Made by a program: the position numbers and the translations under genes. Positions 17,942 to 26,816 of a stretch of DNA of 64,000 nt are shown piece after piece. The DNA lies in the NCBI GenBank assembly GCA_018334055.1, contig JAGXSS010000107.1, forward strand, positions 42,211-106,210, in the 5' to 3' direction. The first letter of the stretch is position 1. Every line of letters starts with the position of its first letter. The notes beneath the pieces are model-generated. The model saw only the letters and a list, made by a program, of their open reading frames with translations. It was not told the origin of the DNA and ran no database searches. The DNA comes from Peptococcaceae bacterium. GTDB taxonomy: Bacteria; Bacillota; UBA994.

Positions 17942-18346
17942 TTATGAGAGATGTCCATTTTTGTTAGACGGTGAAGGTTGTTTTATCAAGGAAGCGATTT
18001 GCTGAATTAGCTGCGGCGCAGAATCCATAATGCGGTCAGCTATGGGGTTGGCATCAACAGGTAATAAACGAATATTCCCTCCACCCACGACTAAGAAGGC
18101 CACTGGTTGCAATGTAACCCCGGCACCTGAGCCGCCGCCGAAAGGAAAGTAGCCGTCTTTTTGGTCTTTGCTTCCTTCAAATTCACTGCCACCGGCCGCA
18201 AAACCAAAAGTCACACGTGATATGGGCATGATGACGCTGCCATCTGGAGTTTCCACCGGATCACCCACAATGGTGTTTACGTCTACCATGTCTTGGATGC
18301 TCTCCATGGCTGTTTTCATCAGACCTTGAATTGGATGATTGTCCAT
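17942..18346 (-). CDS. ytfJ: Sporulation protein YtfJ/GerW family
   Basis: MDNHPIQGLMKTAMESIQDMVDVNTIVGDPVETPDGSVIMPISRVTFGFAAGGSEF is nearly collinear with B. subtilis YtfJ. I trimmed the start to the internal ATG (track residue 20). Confidence 0.8.
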   Translation of the reverse strand: MDNHPIQGLMKTAMESIQDMVDVNTIVGDPVETPDGSVIMPISRVTFGFAAGGSEFEGSKDQKDGYFPFGGGSGAGVTLQPVAFLVVGGGNIRLLPVDANPIADRIMDSAPQLIQQIASLIKQPSPSNKNGHLS

Positions 18347-18998
18347 CGCTATACCCCCCTTTTTTGCGTTTCCGTTTTTCTCGCCAAAGAACATAAGCTG
18401 CACCTATAATGTGTACGACTCGCACGGACAATATGCACTGCAGAAAAGTCTGAAATTTACGTTCCTTAAAACTGGGGAAGACCGCCAAAACCATATCCTT
18501 ACCCGCAATTTTTTGGCGCGATTGGAGCATGCCAAGCAAAGTTCCTTTTAAGCACCATATTCCCCCAGCTAGAAGGGCTGTCCATGCTGCATCCCCACTG
18601 CCGATGGTCGTCTGCCAAGTGAAGGCTCGCAGCAAGGTTCTTTCGAGAGTGTAGTTTATAACCGGTCGATAATCTTGATACAGGCCATGGAGTGTACGCG
18701 CCAGAGAAAGCAGCTCTTGTTGATCAAATGTATCGACTTCCATTCTGTTCTCGGGCATCGGTTTTTTTCCTAGCTCCTCCTTAGTCTTCACATTCACTTC
18801 TAATCGCCAAGACTTAAGTGTAGGGCTAAGTTCAAGGACGGACATTTCGGTGCGATGAAAAACCACCCCAAAAGGGCCTAGAAGGCGCAGGGTTACGCGA
18901 TCATCCTCGCCTTTGCGCTCATACTTAAACTCTACTTCTGCCCGCATAGCGAGAAATACGGCTGTTGCAACTAGGCCAGCGATGATAATAAATTCCAT
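18261..18998 (-). CDS. ytfI: Sporulation protein YtfI (DUF2953). The low-complexity C-terminal tail overlaps the ytfJ start.
   Basis: It has an N-terminal TM anchor (MEFIIIAGLVATAVFLA), the ytfI-ytfJ gene pair is conserved, and the 3' end runs through an A/G homopolymer tract. Confidence 0.6.
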   Translation of the reverse strand: MEFIIIAGLVATAVFLAMRAEVEFKYERKGEDDRVTLRLLGPFGVVFHRTEMSVLELSPTLKSWRLEVNVKTKEELGKKPMPENRMEVDTFDQQELLSLARTLHGLYQDYRPVINYTLERTLLRAFTWQTTIGSGDAAWTALLAGGIWCLKGTLLGMLQSRQKIAGKDMVLAVFPSFKERKFQTFLQCILSVRVVHIIGAAYVLWREKRKRKKGGYSDGQSSNSRSDENSHGEHPRHGRRKHHCG

Positions 18999-19032
18999 AA
19001 CAGTCCCCTTTGAGCCCTAATGTTCTAGCATG

Positions 19033-19067
19033 TACAAAAAAAGAGGTGCGCATTCAGCGCACCTCTA
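19033..19067 (-). terminator. Rho-independent terminator downstream of scpB
   Basis: The minus strand reads AGAGGTGCGCTGAATGCGCACCTCTTTTTTTGTA. Confidence 0.7.
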
Positions 19068-19073
19068 GGGTAG

Positions 19074-19613
19074 CTATCCGGGTAGGGGCAAGTCCTTGAG
19101 TGAGCGTAGGTTAAAATGATGAAGAAAGTTTTCTGTCGTTCCATACAGTATGGGGCGGCCCATGGAATCTTTCCTGCCCACCTCCACTATGAGTCCTTTT
19201 TCTAGTAGAGTTAGCAAGGCACGTTCACATTTAACACCACGTATTTCCTCAACTTCGGCCCTGGTAATGGGTTGTTTATAGGCCACAATAGCCAGAACCT
19301 CAAGCGTAGGCTTGGAAATTTTGTACTGTCTTCCTGCTGTAAGACGCAATACAAGATCTGCGGCCGCGGGCTTGGTCACAAGTTGGAGGCTATCTGCTAC
19401 TATGCGCAACATGATTCCCCGTGTGGGCTCGACGCAGACATCTTCCATCTGGGCAATAAGCAAGGCCAAGTCCTGATCGCCGATGGATAAAATCTCCATG
19501 AGACGCTTTCTTTCGACGGGTTCACCTGAGGCAAAGAGTAAGGCTTCAAACAGCCCTAGCTTGCTAAGCAACCTGACCGGCCTCCCTGCTCTCAAGATAG
19601 CACGCCGCTGCAT
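19074..19613 (-). CDS. scpB: Segregation and condensation protein B
   Basis: FEALLFASGEPV and the winged-helix repeats fit ScpB. The track start overlaps scpA by 50 nt, so the true start may be internal. Confidence 0.85.
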   Translation of the reverse strand: MQRRAILRAGRPVRLLSKLGLFEALLFASGEPVERKRLMEILSIGDQDLALLIAQMEDVCVEPTRGIMLRIVADSLQLVTKPAAADLVLRLTAGRQYKISKPTLEVLAIVAYKQPITRAEVEEIRGVKCERALLTLLEKGLIVEVGRKDSMGRPILYGTTENFLHHFNLRSLKDLPLPG

Positions 19614-20295
19614 CGTCCCTTAGCAATACCTCACCAAGGCGAACAAGCTCTAGTAATCCTAAAAAAATCATAACTATTTCGAGTCTAGAACAAGCCAATG
19701 GAAAGACACAGGAAAATTCGACCCTACCTTGGGCCTCTATCGTCTGACGTACGTAGGACATCCCCCAGGCGAGAGTGCACGCAGGCCGCGAAACTTCTAG
19801 AACCATGGGCTGCCGAAGGCGCATCGCCTGCTCGAAAGCCGCCACCAAGGTAAGTAATGAAACTTTTTGCAGCGACCCACCAGCCGATGGCAGGGCTTCA
19901 TAAGCCACAACCCCTCGAGGGCTGAGGAGGGCAGATTCGGCCGCCAGATTCTCCAGCATATCGACAACCTCGCGGTAACTCTCGTAGGTAAGGCCCTGAA
20001 CAATACTTAGAAGGGCCGGATCATCGGCATGGAGGGAAGCCTCTGTTTGGCGCAAGTCTTCCACCGGAAGAAGGCGACGCGACTTTAATCTGAGCATTGT
20101 AGAGCAGAGCACTAAGTGCGTCCCAGCCTCGTCTACCGCCAGAGGGGTGTGAGCGTCCATAATTGCCTGGACTACTTGTTCCACAACATGCTCCAGCCGT
20201 AATGCAAAAATATCCAATTCGGAGTCGAGGAGCAAGCGCAGGAGCTTCGTCAATGAACCGGCGAAGTTTTCGCAATCGATCTCTACCTCCGTCAT
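19564..20295 (-). CDS. scpA: Segregation and condensation protein A (kleisin)
   Basis: The 243-aa kleisin-family product has the N-terminus EIDCENFAGSLTKLLRLLLDSELDIFAL. It overlaps the upstream protease gene by 4 nt. Confidence 0.85.
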   Translation of the reverse strand: MTEVEIDCENFAGSLTKLLRLLLDSELDIFALRLEHVVEQVVQAIMDAHTPLAVDEAGTHLVLCSTMLRLKSRRLLPVEDLRQTEASLHADDPALLSIVQGLTYESYREVVDMLENLAAESALLSPRGVVAYEALPSAGGSLQKVSLLTLVAAFEQAMRLRQPMVLEVSRPACTLAWGMSYVRQTIEAQGRVEFSCVFPLACSRLEIVMIFLGLLELVRLGEVLLRDDAAACYLESREAGQVA

Positions 20296-20942
20296 AAGAA
20301 TAAACCCACCACTGCAATAACCATCCCATACATCCCTCTATGCAGTAAACTACCGATGGGAATGACCGTCAGCGACGTGATACCGGTAGCTACTAGAAGC
20401 AAAATAAGTAACATGCCCCACTGGTTAGTGAAGGACTGAAAACGATAGCTGTACTTACTAGGCAAGAGCCCCGCCAGAATCTTGGACCCGTCTAAGGGTG
20501 GGACCGGCAGGAGATTAAAGACTGCTAGAAAAATGTTAAGGGAGACGGCGGTACTGAGCATGCTCCCGATGAAATCGCCTGGGGATGAGGGGAGCATGGC
20601 TAGGGCCAGTACATGCATAATTACCAACACAAACGCTGTAACAATATTAGCAGCCGGTCCTGCGAGCGACACCAACACCAGTCCCTGCCGCCGGTTACGG
20701 TAGTACTTCGGGTCAATCTCTACGGCCTTGCCCCACCCAAAACGAAAAAACATTATCATGAGGAAACCGATCGGATCAATGTGTGCGACTGGGTTCAGGG
20801 TTAACCTGCCTTGCCATTTTGGCGTCGGATCGCCTAAGCGATGCGAAACATAGGCATGGGCAAATTCATGCACGGTTAAGGCCAGTAAAAGCGCCGGAAG
20901 CAAAAAGATGAGGTTTTCCGGCAACAAGTCCAGTATATTCAT
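20292..20942 (-). CDS. Site-2 protease family zinc metalloprotease (M50)
   Basis: It has the HEFAHAYVSHRLGD (HExxH) motif and multiple TM segments. I moved the start to the ATG at 20942, immediately after the stop of the upstream gene. Confidence 0.75.
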   Translation of the reverse strand: MNILDLLPENLIFLLPALLLALTVHEFAHAYVSHRLGDPTPKWQGRLTLNPVAHIDPIGFLMIMFFRFGWGKAVEIDPKYYRNRRQGLVLVSLAGPAANIVTAFVLVIMHVLALAMLPSSPGDFIGSMLSTAVSLNIFLAVFNLLPVPPLDGSKILAGLLPSKYSYRFQSFTNQWGMLLILLLVATGITSLTVIPIGSLLHRGMYGMVIAVVGLFL

Positions 20943-20943
20943 A

Positions 20944-23565
20944 TCAATTTCCTCCTTTTTGAATGCGTTCGAGGAGCCTATCCAAGTATTCCAGCTCATC
21001 TTCACGACTTGAGACGCGTCTTTCTAGGTGCGCTTTCTTTAACTCCCTTAGCAATCTGCCGAGTAGCGGCCCTGGAGCAACGCCACGCTCGATGAGATCT
21101 TGGCCACTCAAAGAGCCCTTGGCCGGGCCAAGCGCATGCATTAGCCCGAGCTTTTTAGCCCCTTCCTGGCCGGCGAGGGCAGCAATAAGCAGTCTAGATT
21201 CGGCATGTAGAACGTCGTACTTGAGGAGGAGGTCAGCGGGAGTAGACTCGGTATCTGTCAAACCGCGCACTAATTCTTCCGCATGCTCCATTACTTCAAG
21301 TGCCACATCTCGCGCCTTACGCGAGAGTCTAAGGCTATCAACTAAGGCCGGCCATTCAGATGTCGGCCTGTAGAGCAGCAAAATAACACAGTACACCGCA
21401 AGATGGTCCATATTGGAAAGGTCTGCCTGAGAAACGCTACGTAAAACTTCTATCTGCCGGTCGGTTAACCTTAAGTTCGGCAGTATATGGGACCATATGC
21501 CGAGCTCATCCATGCGCAAAATAGCTTTGGGGGCCGAAACTTCTGCGAAAAGTAAGCGGAGCTCATCACGCAGTTTCTCTCTTGAGACTTTTTCCAGCAC
21601 GCCGTTTTCCAAGGCATTCCGAAGAAAGCGCTCAGATTGTTCCTCCAAGGCAAAACCATAGCGCTGTTCAAAACGAACTGCTCGAATAATGCGTGTCGGG
21701 TCCTCAACAAAGCTGAGGTTGTACAATACTCTTACTAAACCCAATTTAAGATCTTCTCGACCGCCATAAAAATCGAGTAAATTGCCAAAAAGGTCTGGAT
21801 TTAGTGGCACCGCCAAGGTATTTATAGTAAAGTCACGGCGATAGAGATCTTGCCGAATTGTGGCATACTGTACATCTGGTAAGGCGGCAGGCATGGCATA
21901 AAATTCAGTACGGGCCGTAGCGAAGTCGATTTGTTCTCCCGCTGGCAGAGTCAAAGTTGCCGTACCGAATTTTGGGTAATCCACGCATGTTGCGTTGAGT
22001 CTTTTTGCCATAACCTTGGCAAAAGGAATGGCCTCCGGTTCAACTACGAGGTCTATGTCTACATTTGGATGAGCAAGCATGATATCTCTTACCAGCCCAC
22101 CGACCAAGTAGGCCTTGGCGCCTTGCCTTTCTGCCTCCTGCCCGATCAATAACAATAGCCCCATGGCTTTCTTGCCTAGGTGCTCCTCAAGAAGGGAATT
22201 GATATTTGGGGCGGTTAAGTCGTCATTCTCAGGCTGAGACCGATATGTAACCTGGTACCAGTGGGGATAACTCTTGCCATGTAAGGTGCGCAATACATCA
22301 GTGCGCGTAACAATGCCAATTACCGCTCCCAAGGCGTCGACAACCGGCAGCCTCCCGATGTCCTTCACCATCATGAGTCTCTGCACTTCATCCATAGAAG
22401 AGTCTGCTGATACTGTTACTACGACCGTAGACATGAAGCCTTTGACCGGGGCATTTTGCAAGCCGTGGTGGTTAGCTTTGTCGAGGTCGCGTCGAGAGAT
22501 AATGCCAATGAGTCGACTGTCCTGCACCACGGGCAAACCGCTGTGACCACTGCGCAGCATGGTGTGCCCTGCCTCTTCCATGGTAGTTTCTGGATTAACG
22601 CTCTTTACCGGGGTGCTCATAATATCTTTAGCCCTAAGAGGTGGCTCTATCACTAACGGCAGTATTTGTTCAATTATACCTAGTAGCTCTTCTACCCCCT
22701 TTCCTTTGACTGTAGCGGCTGCCGCCTGCCGATGGCCACTGCCACCAAAATGCCGCATCAGGGCATGCATATTTACCCTGTCGTTTTTACTACGTCCCAC
22801 CAGGTGTACTCGGCCATCCATATTCACTACGACAATGCAGGCGTCACAATCATCTATCTCGGACAATCGTGAAGCCAGCACAGCCAGTCCATCTACATAT
22901 TCATTGATCTCGCATGAGGTCAGCCTAACTTTCGCTTCTTTCACAGTCATTTCGCGAGATGCCGTGAGTAACTCTTCAAACAGCGAGCGCTGTCCATCGC
23001 TGAGAGGGCTGCGCACATAGCTGGCTATGACCTCCAGATTGGCCTTTTGGGCGAGGAGGTAGGACACAGCCTTGGCATCACGAGTTGAAGTCGTCCCGGT
23101 CGTCAAGCAACCAGTATCGGAATAAATGGCTACCGCCATGACAGTGGCCTGTGCCGGAGTAAGGAACAAACCCCTTGCTTCTATTTCTTCCACTAACAAG
23201 GTTGTGGTAGCGCCGACCTGTTCAACTTGGATTTTAGCCCGGGCTGGAATACTACTGCTTAACGGATGATGGTCAATGATTGTCAGACGAACTTCATCAT
23301 TTTGAAACACAGGCCTAAACTTCCCGATGCGCTCTTGACTCTGCGTATCAAGCACGACCAAGTGGGATATCTCTTGCACATTGATATGGTCAGGGGAGGT
23401 CAAATTTAGGCTGTCTTTGTAAAGAGAATAGAGCTCGCGCACTTTCTTGTTGATATGACCGGGGAAACACACAAGCGCCCTAGGTCTGAGCAATTTTGCT
23501 GCTACTAACGACCCTAGGGCGTCAAAGTCAGCATTACTGTGACTTACTACAACCTCCACCCACAC
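20944..23565 (-). CDS. Multidomain protein: DHH/DHHA1 phosphoesterase + tandem CBS + class-II nucleotidyltransferase (poly(A) polymerase/CCA-adding enzyme head) + C-terminal region
   Basis: The domains are DHH (HSNADFDALGS, IIDHHP), DHHA1 (FGGSGHRQAAAA), two CBS modules, and a PolA head (AYLVGGLVRDIMLAHPNVDIDLVVE, the GGxVRD signature). The total is 873 aa with a GTG start. Confidence 0.8.
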   Translation of the reverse strand: MWVEVVVSHSNADFDALGSLVAAKLLRPRALVCFPGHINKKVRELYSLYKDSLNLTSPDHINVQEISHLVVLDTQSQERIGKFRPVFQNDEVRLTIIDHHPLSSSIPARAKIQVEQVGATTTLLVEEIEARGLFLTPAQATVMAVAIYSDTGCLTTGTTSTRDAKAVSYLLAQKANLEVIASYVRSPLSDGQRSLFEELLTASREMTVKEAKVRLTSCEINEYVDGLAVLASRLSEIDDCDACIVVVNMDGRVHLVGRSKNDRVNMHALMRHFGGSGHRQAAAATVKGKGVEELLGIIEQILPLVIEPPLRAKDIMSTPVKSVNPETTMEEAGHTMLRSGHSGLPVVQDSRLIGIISRRDLDKANHHGLQNAPVKGFMSTVVVTVSADSSMDEVQRLMMVKDIGRLPVVDALGAVIGIVTRTDVLRTLHGKSYPHWYQVTYRSQPENDDLTAPNINSLLEEHLGKKAMGLLLLIGQEAERQGAKAYLVGGLVRDIMLAHPNVDIDLVVEPEAIPFAKVMAKRLNATCVDYPKFGTATLTLPAGEQIDFATARTEFYAMPAALPDVQYATIRQDLYRRDFTINTLAVPLNPDLFGNLLDFYGGREDLKLGLVRVLYNLSFVEDPTRIIRAVRFEQRYGFALEEQSERFLRNALENGVLEKVSREKLRDELRLLFAEVSAPKAILRMDELGIWSHILPNLRLTDRQIEVLRSVSQADLSNMDHLAVYCVILLLYRPTSEWPALVDSLRLSRKARDVALEVMEHAEELVRGLTDTESTPADLLLKYDVLHAESRLLIAALAGQEGAKKLGLMHALGPAKGSLSGQDLIERGVAPGPLLGRLLRELKKAHLERRVSSREDELEYLDRLLERIQKGGN

Positions 23566-23597
23566 ACCCCCAGAAATAGTCTACCTAATTATAGCAT

Positions 23598-23638
23598 ACA
23601 AAAAACACAATCGCGTTTTACATCGAACGCGATTGTGC
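23598..23638 (-). terminator. Rho-independent terminator downstream of spoVAE
   Basis: The minus strand reads CACAATCGCGTTCGATGTAAAACGCGATTGTGTTTTTTGTA. Confidence 0.7.
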
Positions 23639-23646
23639 TAGAAAGC

Positions 23647-24000
23647 CTACCCCTTGGGATTAAACACTAAGGCCGAGAAGAAACCCATGAGGATGGCCGC
23701 AGTGATGCCGGAGCTTGTAAAGTCGAGAATCCCCCCAATCACCCCGTACCAACCGACCATGGCCATTTCACTAAGTGCACCTTGCACCAGTTGATGACCG
23801 AAACTAGTTATCGGAACAGAGGCGCCAGCTCCAGACCACTTGACTAACGGGCCATAAATACCCAGACCAGACAATATCCCGCCAGACACCACGAGCACCG
23901 TAAGTACATGTGCTGGGGTTAAGGGTGTCAAATCCATAAGTAATTGTCCAATCGCGCAGATTATGCCACCCACGAGAAATGCATAGAGGAATATCATCAT
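23647..24000 (-). CDS. spoVAE: Stage V sporulation protein AE (SpoVAEb-type)
   Basis: The 117-aa membrane protein is the last gene of spoVAC-AD-AE. Confidence 0.8.
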   Translation of the reverse strand: MMIFLYAFLVGGIICAIGQLLMDLTPLTPAHVLTVLVVSGGILSGLGIYGPLVKWSGAGASVPITSFGHQLVQGALSEMAMVGWYGVIGGILDFTSSGITAAILMGFFSALVFNPKG

Positions 24001-24005
24001 CGCTC

Positions 24006-25052
24006 CTATTCTGCCATCCTATCATGGCACATTTCAATGGCGACGGCATGGGCGACGCAGGGGATGGTTTCGCCTTGCTGAAAGGTGGTGGGGCTTAACA
24101 GGGCGCCAGTCCCGACAAGCAGCAATCGCTGCAAAGCGCCGGCACGCAGCAACTCAAAGAGATAGCCGCAAAAAACCGCGGCGCTACAACCACAGCCAGA
24201 TCCACCTGCAAAAACAGGCTGCACGTTGCGATCATAAATCATGAGTCCGCAGTCATTGAGCCGACTTCCAAGTTCAAGATTAGATTGATGGAGCAATTCC
24301 CGTAAAATGTTGTATCCAACATAGGCGAGGTCTCCTGTCACCACTAAATCATAATGTTCTGCCGGAAGATTCAGATCGGAAAAATGACGCAAAATAGTAT
24401 CCGCGGCAGCGGGTGCCATTGCTGCGCCCATGTCGAATGGGTCCTTTATACCGAGGTCGACTACTTTCCCGATGGTAAAATGGGTAACCCGGGGCATTAA
24501 CCCCTGATGGTGCAGACCATCGGCTAAGAGTAGCGCTCCTGCGCCTGTCACTGTGTATTGACTATAGGGAGGGCGCTGTCCCCCATACTCTGTAGGGAAA
24601 CGATACTGCCTCTCAGAGGTAGCATTATGACTCGATACAGCGGCCACGGTGTGGGTTGCGAAACCGCCATCGATGAGGGCTGCCCCTAAACCTGTTGATT
24701 CCGCCATAGTAGAACAAGCGCCATACAAACCTAGCATTGGTATGCCCAAATCACGAGCAGCGAAATTAGCCGATGTGCACTGATTAAGTAAGTCTCCAGC
24801 TAACAGAATATCGACACTCGAAGATGAGACCGCGCCTTTCCCGAGCACCATTTGCACGGTCTCCTTCAGCATGGCTGTCTCTGCTGCTTCCCAACTCTTA
24901 GCGCCGTTAAGCATATCAGGATACACTACGTCGAAACTTCCTTGTAGCGGCCCAGTCCCCTCTAAGGGCCCGACGCAGGTCGCGGAACTAATAATGGCAA
25001 CAGGTCGTGAAAAAGCTACAGTCTGCAGTCCGAATTTTTTTTTCGCCCTCAT
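24006..25052 (-). CDS. spoVAD: Stage V sporulation protein AD (thiolase-fold)
   Basis: The 348-aa product has a condensing-enzyme-like fold with active-site Cys context (SSATCVGP). It overlaps spoVAC by 4 nt. Confidence 0.85.
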   Translation of the reverse strand: MRAKKKFGLQTVAFSRPVAIISSATCVGPLEGTGPLQGSFDVVYPDMLNGAKSWEAAETAMLKETVQMVLGKGAVSSSSVDILLAGDLLNQCTSANFAARDLGIPMLGLYGACSTMAESTGLGAALIDGGFATHTVAAVSSHNATSERQYRFPTEYGGQRPPYSQYTVTGAGALLLADGLHHQGLMPRVTHFTIGKVVDLGIKDPFDMGAAMAPAAADTILRHFSDLNLPAEHYDLVVTGDLAYVGYNILRELLHQSNLELGSRLNDCGLMIYDRNVQPVFAGGSGCGCSAAVFCGYLFELLRAGALQRLLLVGTGALLSPTTFQQGETIPCVAHAVAIEMCHDRMAE

Positions 25053-25528
25053 AACCCCCTCACTAATCCATGCAAAATGCCCACCACGAGCGCAGTAACT
25101 ACACCATAGACGATGACCGGCCCCGCTAGCTGAAACATGCGTCCGCCGACACCGAGTATATAACCCTCCCGCTTAAATTCGATGGCCGAGGACACGATGG
25201 AGTTGGCAAACCCTGTTACAGGCACTCCTACCCCAGCCCCGGCAAACTGCCCAATGTAATCCCAAACACCCAAGCCTGTCAACACTGAAGCAATCACAAT
25301 CAGCGTGGCCACCATGGGACTAGCCGCCTGTTCCGCAGAAAATCCTAAACGCATATATAGGAAAATAAGCACTTGACCAAGGACGGATACTAAACCACCT
25401 ACCACAAATGCCACCATGGTATTGCGGGCCACAGGAATTTTTAGCCGTTTTTGTGCACTCAACCGTTGATAGTCTTTGCGCTGCAACTGTTGACGTTGCT
25501 TCGCCTTACTACTGCCCACAGTTTCCAC
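25049..25528 (-). CDS. spoVAC: Stage V sporulation protein AC
   Basis: VAFVVGGLVSVLGQ and a C-terminal glycine-rich membrane region fit SpoVAC. Length is 159 aa. Confidence 0.85.
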   Translation of the reverse strand: METVGSSKAKQRQQLQRKDYQRLSAQKRLKIPVARNTMVAFVVGGLVSVLGQVLIFLYMRLGFSAEQAASPMVATLIVIASVLTGLGVWDYIGQFAGAGVGVPVTGFANSIVSSAIEFKREGYILGVGGRMFQLAGPVIVYGVVTALVVGILHGLVRGL

Positions 25529-25565
25529 CTCCCCTCCTAGTCTTGACCTGAGCCAGGTAGAACAT

Positions 25566-25598
25566 ACAAAAAAGAACGCCCTGTATACAGGGCATTCT
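25566..25598 (-). terminator. Rho-independent terminator downstream of the dodecin gene (upstream of the spoVA operon)
   Basis: The minus strand reads GAATGCCCTGTATACAGGGCGTTCTTTTTTGTA. Confidence 0.65.
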
Positions 25599-25602
25599 CA
25601 CC

Positions 25603-25815
25603 TCAACGTTTCGGTTCAACGAGGAAGGCCACTTTCACATTCGCCTTATACTCTACTATGTGTCCTCGCTCTACATTGCCGGTCATATTGTAGACCTCTA
25701 CTCCCGTAATATTGTCCACCGTGCGAGCTGCCTCGTGAACTGCATTTTCGATCGCATCCTGCCAGCTACGCTGAGAATCCCCGACTAATTCTAGGACCTT
25801 CACCACTTGGACCAT
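25603..25815 (-). CDS. Dodecin-family flavin-binding protein
   Basis: The 70-aa product MVQVVKVLELVGDSQRSWQDAIENAVHEAARTVDNITGVEVYNMTGNVERGHIVEYKANVKVAFLVE matches the dodecin fold. The SD is strong (GAGGAGGT). Confidence 0.7.
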   Translation of the reverse strand: MVQVVKVLELVGDSQRSWQDAIENAVHEAARTVDNITGVEVYNMTGNVERGHIVEYKANVKVAFLVEPKR

Positions 25816-25972
25816 GACGTACCTCCTCGTGTGTTAATCGCATCCTTACCAACGTTGCACCATGGGGTCTAAGGTCTGGAACACGCTTAGATAACTGCCA
25901 CCAAGACCAAGCAACTAAGGTGAGCACTGCTACCAGAGCAACCAAGAATATCTGTTTTCGCTTCAGTGGCAT
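25766..25972 (-). CDS. Possible small single-pass membrane protein (hypothetical)
   Basis: An internal ATG (MPLKRKQIFLVALVAVLTLVAWSWWQL...) has an AGAGGTG SD. The 3' end overlaps the dodecin start by ~50 nt. No family is recognised. Confidence 0.25.
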   Translation of the reverse strand: MPLKRKQIFLVALVAVLTLVAWSWWQLSKRVPDLRPHGATLVRMRLTHEEVRHGPSGEGPRISRGFSA

Positions 25973-26051
25973 GAGACACACCTCTATTGTCATGGTACAA
26001 CCTTCATGGTTGCTCAAGCATAGTATTTCCGGACCTCGACCGTTCATGCAA

Positions 26052-26816
26052 TTAACCGAGGAGTTGCTTTAAACGCATCAAAATTGCCTTCTCGAGGCGC
26101 GAAATCTGGACTTGGCTCACGCCAAATTCCAGAGCTACTTGAGATTGCGTCATGTTTTCAAAATATCGGGCGAAAATGATGCGCTGTTCCTTAGGAGGTA
26201 GTCTTGCTAACACTTGCTTTAAGGCCAGCTCTTCAATCAAGGCGTCCCCCTCTGCCGCGGTGGGTTGCAGACGGTCCACCAAGTAACGCGAACTGTCGTC
26301 CTCTGAAGAAACCTTTTCTTCGAGGGAAGCAGGTGGCCGCAGAGCCCCGAAAGCCAAGACAATTTCTTCTTCCCGCAAACCGAGGGCGGCTGCGACTTCA
26401 CTGATTCGCGCCTCCCTCCCCAGTTCAGCCCGCAATTTCTCGCCGCACCTGCGTGCTTTATGCGCTGTTTCCTTAATACTCCGCGAGATTTTTATCGGCC
26501 CGTCATCCCTTAGATAACGGCGAATTTCTCCTATAATCAAGGGAACCGCATATGTCGAAAACTTTACATTATAGGATGGGTCAAACCTGTCGATCGCTTT
26601 GAGCAAGCCAATGCAGCCAATTTGAAACAGGTCTTCTGGGTCATGTCCAATATTTAGAAATCTCCCGACCACAGAATACACCAGGCGGGCATGACCAAGG
26701 AGCATTTTATCTCGTGACGAATTATCGCCAGCGCGAATGCTCGTCAGATAAGCTTCAGTATCTTTTTCGCTCAAGACCGGGCCGCTGGCCACATGTTTGG
26801 CATTTATGGTGCTCAT
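26052..26816 (-). CDS. sigF: RNA polymerase sporulation sigma factor sigma-F
   Basis: Regions 2 and 4 are present (YAVPLIIGEIRRYLRDDGPIKISRS; MTQSQVALEFGVSQVQISRLEKAIL). It is the third gene of the spoIIA operon. Confidence 0.9.
   Translation of the reverse strand: MSTINAKHVASGPVLSEKDTEAYLTSIRAGDNSSRDKMLLGHARLVYSVVGRFLNIGHDPEDLFQIGCIGLLKAIDRFDPSYNVKFSTYAVPLIIGEIRRYLRDDGPIKISRSIKETAHKARRCGEKLRAELGREARISEVAAALGLREEEIVLAFGALRPPASLEEKVSSEDDSSRYLVDRLQPTAAEGDALIEELALKQVLARLPPKEQRIIFARYFENMTQSQVALEFGVSQVQISRLEKAILMRLKQLLG

Noticed and set aside
20021-20329. 102-aa minus-strand ORF
   Set aside because: It is an alternative frame inside scpA and is Gly/Arg-rich low complexity.
25529-25565. Sigma-G-type promoter for the spoVA operon (GTATG-N17-CAAGACTA on the minus strand)
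   Set aside because: The -10 element fits CATnnTA poorly. It is plausible but not convincing without transcription start site data.
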